Assembly: GCA_964583985.1 (NCBI GenBank)
Contig: CAZOYD010000064.1
Span: forward strand, 1 to 18,246
Source: an uncultured archaeon
GTDB taxonomy: Archaea; Asgardarchaeota; Lokiarchaeia; Sigyniarchaeales; SOKP01
Direction of reading: 5' to 3'
DNA length: 18,246 nucleotides
The notes beneath the pieces were generated by a model, which was given only the letters and a program-made list of their open reading frames with translations, was not told the origin of the DNA and did no database searches. The stretch's first letter is position 1, and each line of letters starts with the position of its first letter. A program made the position numbers and the translations under genes. Below, one piece after another: positions 1 to 7,789 of the stretch.

Positions 1-76
1 TTTAAATAAAGTTATACTTGATATTTCAATAGAAATTGAAGATATTTTAATTCATATTTTAAATTAAAAAAAAAAT

Positions 77-83
77 GAGGAGG
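77..83 (+). promoter_or_regulatory. Shine-Dalgarno site of tpiA (GAGGAGG)
   Basis: GAGGAGG at 77-83, 5 nt upstream of the ATG at 89, in an otherwise A/T-rich leader. Confidence 0.75.
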
Positions 84-88
84 CACGC

Positions 89-856
89 ATGCGGAAACCT
101 ATAATTGGAGGAAATTGGAAAATGAATTTAGGAGTCCCTTCTGAAGCCGTAGGGATGCTAAAAAGCATGAGATCTATGGTAAAGAATATCGAAGATGTTG
201 ACATTTTTGTCGCACCACCTTTTACCGCTCTTGAATCTGCTATTAGTATCGTGAAGAAATCTAACATTAAAGTTGCAGCCCAAAACATGTATTTTAAAGA
301 AAATGGAGCATTCACAGGTGAAATTTCTCCAAAATTCTTAAAAAATATGGGCATTGAATATGTAATTCTTGGTCATAGTGAAAGAAGGAATATCTTTAAT
401 GAAACTGACGAAATAGTAAATCAAAAAATAAAAATAGCATTATCAATGGATATGTTTCCAATTGTATGTATTGGTGAACATCTTCAACAAAGAGAAGAAG
501 GTAAAACAAAGGAAGTTATAGCATATCAGATGGAAAACACATTTAAAGATATTAGGAAAGAAGACATGATTAAAATAATAATAGCTTATGAGCCAATATG
601 GGCTATTGGCACGGGAGTAACAGCTACGCCTGAACAGGCAGAAGAAATTCATTCCTATATACGATCATTATTGGTTAATAGATTTGATGAAGGAGTGGCT
701 AATAAAGTAAGAATTCAGTACGGAGGATCAATTAAACCGGATAATGCAGAAGCAATTTTTTCTAAACCCAATATTGATGGTGGTTTAGTTGGAGGAGCTT
801 CATTAGAAGCTAAAAGCTTTTATGAGATAATTAAATCTGCGGAAAAAATAAAATGA
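89..856 (+). CDS. tpiA: Triosephosphate isomerase, bacterial/eukaryotic-type (255 aa)
   Basis: Motifs GGNWKMN (catalytic Lys), GAFTGEIS, ILGHSERR (catalytic His), AYEPIWAIGTG (catalytic Glu, loop 6), YGGSIKP and DGGLVGGASL. The ~255 aa length matches the long bacterial type rather than the ~225 aa archaeal type. Confidence 0.98.
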   Translation: MRKPIIGGNWKMNLGVPSEAVGMLKSMRSMVKNIEDVDIFVAPPFTALESAISIVKKSNIKVAAQNMYFKENGAFTGEISPKFLKNMGIEYVILGHSERRNIFNETDEIVNQKIKIALSMDMFPIVCIGEHLQQREEGKTKEVIAYQMENTFKDIRKEDMIKIIIAYEPIWAIGTGVTATPEQAEEIHSYIRSLLVNRFDEGVANKVRIQYGGSIKPDNAEAIFSKPNIDGGLVGGASLEAKSFYEIIKSAEKIK

Positions 857-874
857 TCAAAATCAGGATAGTGT

Positions 875-1735
875 TCATCCTAATAATTGATTAAATGCTG
901 TCGTTAATTTACTTGGAAATTCTCCCATATAGGATTGTGGTTTGGTTATTAAGAGATAAAAATATGGTTCAAATAAACCATCGATAGTTGGACCGACTCC
1001 GGATTTAACAATATAAACCCAAACAGGTTTATTAGCTGAATAAAAAGATTGCCTATATATCCACTCTAGGGGGCTTATTTCTGGAAATACATCTATATTC
1101 CTCAGTAATGAATCAATATCTTTAATCTCCAACTTTTCTCCAAATATCATTATTGGGGAAAGATCAAAAGTAGTAATACAGATGGAAAGTAAGCCATAAT
1201 TTGCCATTTCACTAAAAAATGAAAGAGATAATTTATCGAGTTCGTTCTTGCAATTCATTACACGTGATCTTGCATTAAAATCAGTCAGAACTTCTAAAAT
1301 CTTATCTTCTTCATTTTGTAATATCTCCAATGCGGTTACCAAAGGTATTTTTGGAGCAATATATATATCATAAATCAATTCAATTTTTGCTTTTATAGAA
1401 TCATGTAAAAGGTAGGTTTCTGTTTGAGTTGTAATCAACACATCACCTTTATTTTTTAACTTATTACCTTTCTGTGTTGATTTCCAATCAGAAGAAAACT
1501 CAATTTTTTCGATCTTCTTATCAATATTTTTGGCAAATTCATATAATGCTGATACTAACCCAGCATTTAATTCAAACAAACCCGTGGGATCTATATTAAA
1601 ATTTTGATCCGTGATATTAGTTGAAAAATCAAAAAACCTTAAATATAAATTTACACCTTCAGGAGGCTTTTTTAATTCTATATGATAATAAGGAAAGCCT
1701 GTATTCGTGATTACTGAAAGTTCATAGAATGTCAT
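875..1735 (-). CDS. Hypothetical protein, putative longin-like N-terminal domain plus possible roadblock-like C-terminal domain (286 aa)
   Basis: Clean 286-aa ORF. N-terminal 'ELSVITNTGFPYY' followed by 'LNAGLVSALYEFAK' resembles the beta1-beta2/alpha1 pattern of longin-like domains common in Asgard archaea. The C-terminal half (YGLLSICITTFDLSPI...FYLLITKPQSYMGEF) has a roadblock/profilin-like pattern. Domain calls are by eye only. Confidence 0.55.
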   Translation of the reverse strand: MTFYELSVITNTGFPYYHIELKKPPEGVNLYLRFFDFSTNITDQNFNIDPTGLFELNAGLVSALYEFAKNIDKKIEKIEFSSDWKSTQKGNKLKNKGDVLITTQTETYLLHDSIKAKIELIYDIYIAPKIPLVTALEILQNEEDKILEVLTDFNARSRVMNCKNELDKLSLSFFSEMANYGLLSICITTFDLSPIMIFGEKLEIKDIDSLLRNIDVFPEISPLEWIYRQSFYSANKPVWVYIVKSGVGPTIDGLFEPYFYLLITKPQSYMGEFPSKLTTAFNQLLG

Positions 1736-1853
1736 GATAAAAAAGAATGAGTCATTTTTCGGTTATAATAGTTTTTTAACTCATCTTATTATATGATTAA
1801 AACACATCTATTTAAATTAAATGAGTTAATATCAGCGTGATAAATTGGATACA

Positions 1854-4694
1854 TTATTTTATTATAATTGCTGGTCTCCCCGGTAAAGCTTGTTTTGCTT
1901 TTGGTTCCTCGGTTTTTTCTTCATCGATTATTTTGATATTACAATTATATCTTTTTTTTAGAATGGGAATAATTTCCATAAAGAATTCCAGTTCTTCCAG
2001 TGCGTTGATTGGTGCTTTATTGATTTTCCCCAGATTTTTCATCAGATTATTGACAATTTTAATTATCAATTTACTATGGGGCTTGAACTCTTCATTAGTC
2101 ATGAGAATTTTAATGATCTCTTTTTGTTCCTTGGTTTTTGTAACAATATCCATAAATTGTGAGTACAAGTGAAACTTCCATTGAACAGCCGTAATTAGTA
2201 TAATTTCAGTAACTCTTTCTTTTTTAATAATTAAAAGGATATGATTAATTGCATCAAATGTATCATGTAAAAGAGTCCACTTATAATCATTTATCGGAGT
2301 GAGGAGGGTTTCATCATATTCTGGCCATTTCGCTAAACTTAAAAATCCTTTTTTTCCATTAATTTGCCATAATTCTTCAGTCACGTGAGGAATTATTGGG
2401 TGTAACATTAAAATGAGGCTAATTTTACACGTTTTAAATATGGTGTCATTTACCCCTTCAACCTTGTATTTGTTTAATTCAGAAGCCAATTGGATTAGTT
2501 CGTTTATAGCATCTCTAATTTCTATTTTTTCCATGCGGGAAGATACAGTTTTTATTGTTTTATTCAGGTAATATTCAATGAGTCTATCGCGTATTTTTAC
2601 TTCTTTTCTTGTATCTTCAGGATTATCATAAATTAAAGAATATATGTTTTTTACAAATTTATAGGCAAAATCAACTCCTTCATTTGACCATTCTAATCCA
2701 GATTTTGGGCTTGCACCAAATAATATAAAAAACCGTGAAGCGTCTGCTCCATACTTTTCCATAATTCCAACGGGATCAATGGTATTACCTAAACTCTTGC
2801 TCATTTTTACGCTTTTTAAAATATACTCATTACCACATCTTTTGCATTTTTTATCGTGCATTTCTGCTTTCATGGCGAAAACACCACAATCTGGACAATA
2901 AGGATGGGCTTTATTAATCATTCCTTGGGTAAGCAACCTTTGAAAAGGTTCATCAAAAGAATGCATTCCTATGTCTCGTGCAACTTTTGTGAAGAATCTT
3001 GCATAAAGCAAATGTAATATTGCATGTTCAACTCCACCTATATACTGATCAACATTCATCCAATAATTTGCTATTTTTTTTGTATAAGGTAAATCTTTAG
3101 AATGGGGATCGCAAAATCTAAAAAAATACCAGGAACTATCTACAAAAGTATCCATCGTGTCCGTTTCTCTTTTAGCGGGTTTGTTACATTTTGGACATTG
3201 AACATTTAAAAAGCTTGTACTTGTTATTAAAGGATTTCCCTTTCCTGTAAATTCAACATCTTCGGGTAATTCTACAGGAAGTTGATCATAAGGCACTGGT
3301 AAAATTCCGCAATTATCGCAATAAATAATTGGTATTGGGCAACCCCAATATCGCTGCCTTGAAATTAACCAATCTCTCAGTCTGTAGTTAACTGTATTCA
3401 TTCCCATCTCTAATTCTTCGAGCTTTAATGTAATTGCTTTCATTGCATTTTTATTATCGATTCCATCAAACTCTTTAGAATTAACCAAAATGCCTTCGCC
3501 CTCATATGCACGAGTCATTTTGGTTATATTTATCTCATAATCAAACGGTTGAATGACAATTTTAATGGGGATGTTGTATTCACTTGCGAACTCAAAATCG
3601 CGCTGATCATGAGCAGGAACAGCCATTACCGCACCCGCGCCATATTCAAAAATCACGAAATTCCCCACATAAATCGGAATTTCATCATTAGTAAGAGGAT
3701 TAATAGCATTCTTCCCTATATACATCCCTTTTTTCTCAATTTCAATGTTAGTGCGTTCAAATTTATCTTGTTTTTGTACTTCTTGATAAAATTTGTCAAA
3801 TTCATTTTCATATTTTGTATTTATAACCCATTCTCTTATCCATGGATGTTCTGGAGCGAAAACCATAAAAGTTACTCCGAACAGAGTATCTGGTCTTGTA
3901 GTAAAGATATCAATTGTCCGTTCTTCACCAACAATTGGAAATTTAATTATAGTTCCTTCAGATCTTCCAATCCAATTTTTCTGCATAATTTTTACTTTTT
4001 CAGGCCAATCTAGGGTGTTTAATCCATCTAGTAATTCCTCTGCGTAGTTTCGTATCTTTAAAAACCATTGAGTAAGAAATTTTTGATCAACATCACTGTT
4101 ACATCTCCAACATTTCCCATTTAGTACTTGTTCATTCGCTAAAACCGTAGAGCAATCTGGACACCAGTTAACATATGATTCTTGACGATAGGCTAATCCT
4201 TTTTCAAGCATCTTAATAAAGAACCATTGATCCCATTTCTATTCATTAATGGAACTCATTAACAATTTATAGTAGTTTGGATCATGGCTGTAAATCATTC
4301 TAGTCCAATCATAAGACAAACCAATTCTTTTTTGTTGTTCCTGCATTTTTTTTATGTTTTTATTGGTCCAATCCTCGGGATTAGCACTATGATCAATAGC
4401 TGCGTTTTCTGCGGGTAATCCAAAGCTTTTATGGTATTTCCCACATTGAGAAATACTATCATAGCCCATAGGATATAATACATTATACCCGTTCATTCGT
4501 TTAAATCGAGCTACTGAATCTCCTATTGTATAATTTCGAAGGTGCCCCATATGTAAACTTCCAGAAGGATATGGATACATTTCTAAGATATAATATTTTT
4601 TCATATTTGGATCTTCTTTAACTTCAAAAATCCGTTTATCATTCCACAAATCTTGCCATTTCTTCTCAATTAATTTATGATCATATTCTATCAT
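1854..4694 (-). CDS. leuS: Leucyl-tRNA synthetase, intron-containing: complement(join(1854..4236,4267..4427,4458..4694)), 926 aa after splicing
   Basis: ORFs 4239..4694 and 1854..4211 are in the same frame and separated by one TAG. Motifs: [14 protein letters not shown] (HIGH), [15 protein letters not shown]1 CPDC...CWRC, CP1 editing FTTRPDT and [60 protein letters not shown] (2793-2807). Removing the two 30-nt BHB inserts gives 237+161+2383 = 2781 nt of uninterrupted frame. Confidence 0.95.
4237..4266 (-). other. BHB-type intron 2 in leuS mRNA, 30 nt, contains the in-frame UAG
   Basis: mRNA CUA-CUAU-AA^A-UUGUUAAUG-AGUUC-CAUUAAUGA-AUAG-AA^A-UGG. Exon helix CUA/UGG, 4-bp central helix CUAU/AUAG, two AAA bulges, 9-bp intron stem with a 5-nt loop. 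Excision converts [16 protein letters not shown] to YYKWDQW. Confidence 0.92.
4428..4457 (-). other. BHB-type (tRNA-splicing-endonuclease) intron 1 in leuS mRNA, 30 nt, in-frame, no stop
   Basis: mRNA GGGC-UAUG-AU^A-GUAUUUCUCA-AUG-UGGGAAAUAC-CAUA-AA^A-GCUU. Exon helix GGGC/GCUU, 4-bp central helix UAUG/CAUA, 3-nt bulges AUA and AAA, 10-bp intron stem with a 3-nt loop. Excision converts [18 protein letters not shown] to GYDSFGLP. Confidence 0.9.
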
Positions 4695-4760
4695 AATAAT
4701 CTACCGAAAGCTCTTTACTTTTCAAATAATTGATAAAATTAATCTTTTACTAATAAAATA

Positions 4761-4783
4761 TTATGGTCATTTTATAACCATAA
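4761..4783. promoter_or_regulatory. Imperfect palindrome in the divergent leuS/lipS2 intergenic region, possible operator
   Basis: TTATGGTCAT-TTT-ATAACCATAA: 10-bp arms with one mismatch, overlapping a TTTTATAA TATA-like octamer, about 67 nt upstream of the leuS start. Confidence 0.3.
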
Positions 4784-4937
4784 AATGTTGTTCTTCATAA
4801 TTTTTATTTTTTGGACATCTTAGCATTTATCTTTAAAGTGTTAAATAAACTCATTGCAATAGTTATATCATTTTTTTTTTGATCGTATGAGAATTCTCAG
4901 AAAAAAACTTATCTTTTCAAAATCATTAGGAAATTTA

Positions 4938-5939
4938 ATGACGATAGATAAAATTAGAGTATCAATCGGGAGTGCTTCAGTTCTTGGACTTTATGACACT
5001 ATACGATTCAAAGATCCTCCAACTACTTGCTATATCATGACTTATAAACAAGGCCATTGCGATGCAAATTGTGGTTTCTGTCCACAAGCGAGAGAGTCGG
5101 TGGGATCTACTGAAAAACTTTCTCGTGTCAATTGGCCAGAATTTTCTTTTAAGGATTTTCTTACGAGGTTGAGTTATCTAGTACCAAATAAACGTTTCAA
5201 GAGAATATGCATTCAAACTCTTAATTATTCCAATAACTTTCACGAATTACTTGAAATTATTTCAGAAATTACCAGAATAACCGATATACCTATTTCTGTA
5301 GCAAGCCCTCCTATCACAAAAGAAAATATGCGGGAATTAAAAAATTTGGGGATCGATAGAATTGGGATTGCATTAGATGCTTCAACACAAGAAATATTTA
5401 ATAATGTGAAAGGAAAAAATGCAAATGGGCCTTATTCATGGGAGAAACATTTTGCATCTTTAGAAGATGCTTTAAATGTATTCAATGATGGGAAAGTAAC
5501 AACTCACTTAATTGTTGGACTGGGTGAAACTTCAAAAGAGATTTTAGAATTAATCCAAAAATTAAACGATCTGAAAATTCATATAGGTCTTTTTGCTTTT
5601 ACTCCTATTAAGGGAACAAAGCTTGAAAATCTAGATAGTCCAGAATTATTATATTTCCGAAAAATGCAATTAGGATTATACCTCATTATCAAGCAAAATA
5701 AACGCTTAAAAGATTTTACATTTAATTCTAAGGGTGATATTGTTAAATATAATATTAATAAAAAAGAATTATGGGATATTATTGATACTTCAAATGTCAT
5801 GTTAACTTCAGGATGTCCTGGATGTAATCGACCCTATTATACCTCACGCCCTTCAGGACCAATTTATAATTACCCAAGAGAGTTAACCGAAATTGAGAAA
5901 CAGGAAAATTATAATGCTTTATTAAAATTTGTTAATTAA
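4938..5939 (+). CDS. lipS2: Radical SAM sulfur-insertion protein of the archaeal-type two-component lipoyl synthase (LipS2-like)
   Basis: CxxxCxxC (CDANCGFC) and the C-terminal TSGCPGCNRP motif, matching the TxGCPxC(N/D)RP signature of LipS2. Adjacent to a lipoate ligase and a LipS1-like gene. Start placed at ATG 4938 (MTIDKIRVSIGS); the ORF track's upstream ATG at 4887 is also possible. Confidence 0.85.
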   Translation: MTIDKIRVSIGSASVLGLYDTIRFKDPPTTCYIMTYKQGHCDANCGFCPQARESVGSTEKLSRVNWPEFSFKDFLTRLSYLVPNKRFKRICIQTLNYSNNFHELLEIISEITRITDIPISVASPPITKENMRELKNLGIDRIGIALDASTQEIFNNVKGKNANGPYSWEKHFASLEDALNVFNDGKVTTHLIVGLGETSKEILELIQKLNDLKIHIGLFAFTPIKGTKLENLDSPELLYFRKMQLGLYLIIKQNKRLKDFTFNSKGDIVKYNINKKELWDIIDTSNVMLTSGCPGCNRPYYTSRPSGPIYNYPRELTEIEKQENYNALLKFVN

Positions 5940-5956
5940 TTGTAATTTACACCATC

Positions 5957-6736
5957 ATGAATGATTGGAGATTTATCCCTTTAGAAATTTATAATGGTTA
6001 TTGGAACATGGCTTTGGACGAGGCGATATTAACATTATCAATAGAAAATAAATCTCCAAACACTTTAAGATTTTATAAATGGGATCCCTCGACAATTTCA
6101 ATAGGACAAAATCAAAGCCTTTCTTCAGAAGTTGATATTGATATCGCTCAAAATAAAGGGTTTGACGTAGTTAGAAGAATCACAGGAGGTGGCGCTGTAT
6201 TTCATGATAGGGATCGAGAAATAACTTATTCCATTATCTGTCCTATCAAATTATTAGAGGAGTTGCATGCTTATAGAGTACTTGAACAATTTGAGATTAT
6301 TGAAATGGGAATAATCTCTGGTTTAAAGAATTATGGTTTAGAATCAGAACCTGGAATCATACATTGCCCTGCTCTTTTTCTAGAAGGTAAAAAATTTTCT
6401 GGAAATGCCCAAATAAGAAAAAAGGGATATATTCTTCAACATGGTACCATCTTACTAGAATTAAATGCAGAACTCATGTATTCCGTCTTAAAAGCGCCAA
6501 ATAATGTATCTAAATCAAGAATGGTTAAATCTGTCTATACAAAATGCATTGGAATAAAAGGGCACTTACCTGATTGGAACGAAGATAAATTTTTATTATC
6601 GTTAAAACAAGGGTTTGAAAATACTTTGAAAATTAAATTAAAAGAGGGGCAAATTTCTGAAGAGGAAATTAAATTAGCCAAAAAGTTAATGAAAGAGAAA
6701 TATTCAAATGAAAAATGGTTAAAAAAATATGAATGA
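5957..6736 (+). CDS. lplA: Lipoate-protein ligase / octanoyltransferase catalytic domain (LplA/LipM family, 259 aa)
   Basis: NMALDEA, LRFYKW, VVRRITGGGAVFHD, KKFSGNAQ and LQHGTIL motifs of the BPL/LplA/LipB fold. No C-terminal accessory domain. Confidence 0.9.
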   Translation: MNDWRFIPLEIYNGYWNMALDEAILTLSIENKSPNTLRFYKWDPSTISIGQNQSLSSEVDIDIAQNKGFDVVRRITGGGAVFHDRDREITYSIICPIKLLEELHAYRVLEQFEIIEMGIISGLKNYGLESEPGIIHCPALFLEGKKFSGNAQIRKKGYILQHGTILLELNAELMYSVLKAPNNVSKSRMVKSVYTKCIGIKGHLPDWNEDKFLLSLKQGFENTLKIKLKEGQISEEEIKLAKKLMKEKYSNEKWLKKYE

Positions 6737-7787
6737 GAGTATAATAACGAAAATAACAGAAAATCGAATGAAATGGTCAGATTATGAAGAAATCGTTTCA
6801 GATAACTTCCAACAGATTGATTCTATCTTAAAAATTGCATATAACTTGAAAGTACAATTTTTTGGTGAACGTTTAAAAGTATACGTTCCAAATTATAATT
6901 TTCCTGCTATTAGTATAACTGGGAGTGATTGTAACTTAAACTGTGAACACTGTAATAAAAAATATCTAGAAAATATGAAACCCCTCCTCACTAATAGTGA
7001 ATTAAAAGATTTTTTAATCAATCTTCATAAGAACGGTGGTGTGGGAGCTTTGATTTCAGGAGGGTGTGATCCTAATGGTGCTGTACCTTTAAAACAGTTT
7101 TTAAATACTATTGAAGAAGTCAAACAACAAACTGATTTAATAATCAATCTTCATACTGGTTTAATTGATGAAGATACTGCTTGCGATTTAAAAGAGACTA
7201 CAGCAGATATTATATCTTTCGATATTAATATTGATGAGAAAATAATAAAAAATATATACCACCTTGATAAAACAGTAGAAGATTACAGAAAATCATTGGA
7301 ACTTCTTCAAAAAAATCATCTGAATATAATTCCCCATATTTGTTTTGGATTGTATTATGGAAAAATTCACGAAGAATTAAAATCAATTAAATTTATTAAA
7401 GAAAATTTTCCTAATCCCTCTTTAATCGTAGTAATTGTACTTATTCCTCCAAAAGACTCAAAATTTGAGACTCCAAAACCTGAGGATATTTCCAAATTAA
7501 TAGCGGTAACAAGATTGGTATTTCCTCAGACTGAAATTTCCTTAGGATGCATGAGACCTCGTGGAAGTCTAAAAAGGGAGATTGAACAATTAGCTTTAAA
7601 AGCAGGAATTACAAGAATTGAAATCCCCTCTAAGGCTACTTTACAATGGATGAAGAAATATGATCCAAATGTTTCATTCGAGTTTTATTCTGCTTGTTGT
7701 GCTATACCCGAAAAATATGAAAGGAAAGCCATAAGTAGAGAGGAAGATATAAAATCATATAAATTATTTTTAAGTGGTGAAAAATAG
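6729..7787 (+). CDS. lipS1: Radical SAM protein of the archaeal-type two-component lipoyl synthase (LipS1-like, 352 aa)
   Basis: CxxxCxxC (CNLNCEHC), LISGG, LGCMRP (GC(M/A)R motif) and C-terminal SACCA (CC motif). Overlaps the ligase stop codon by 8 nt. Confidence 0.85.
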   Translation: MNESIITKITENRMKWSDYEEIVSDNFQQIDSILKIAYNLKVQFFGERLKVYVPNYNFPAISITGSDCNLNCEHCNKKYLENMKPLLTNSELKDFLINLHKNGGVGALISGGCDPNGAVPLKQFLNTIEEVKQQTDLIINLHTGLIDEDTACDLKETTADIISFDINIDEKIIKNIYHLDKTVEDYRKSLELLQKNHLNIIPHICFGLYYGKIHEELKSIKFIKENFPNPSLIVVIVLIPPKDSKFETPKPEDISKLIAVTRLVFPQTEISLGCMRPRGSLKREIEQLALKAGITRIEIPSKATLQWMKKYDPNVSFEFYSACCAIPEKYERKAISREEDIKSYKLFLSGEK

Positions 7788-7789
7788 AT

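Noticed and set aside
1746-1829. Inverted repeat TTAACTCAT (1776-1784) / ATGAGTTAA (1821-1829) and palindrome AATGAGTCATT between leuS and the longin-like gene
   Set aside because: Short, AT-rich and with a 36-nt spacer. It cannot be distinguished from chance without comparative data.
4239-4241. TAG in leuS as pyrrolysine/readthrough, a recoded stop, or a sequencing error
   Set aside because: Readthrough would leave 10 extra residues inside the conserved YYK-W motif. The TAG lies inside a precise 30-nt BHB insert and pairs in its central helix. TAG is used as a normal stop elsewhere in the window (lipS1, cofD).
4237-4457. The leuS inserts as inteins, MITE/transposon footprints or tandem duplications
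   Set aside because: They are far too short for inteins and one contains a stop. Junction repeats are only 2-4 nt (AG; AAAT), and the inserts do not copy adjacent sequence. The BHB geometry explains both boundaries exactly.
1854-4694. leuS as a pseudogene or as a naturally split alpha/beta LeuRS (Aquifex-like)
   Set aside because: All catalytic and editing motifs are intact with no frameshifts. The Aquifex split lies far downstream, near the leucine-specific domain. A split here would drop the conserved WDQWFFIK segment between the two ORFs.
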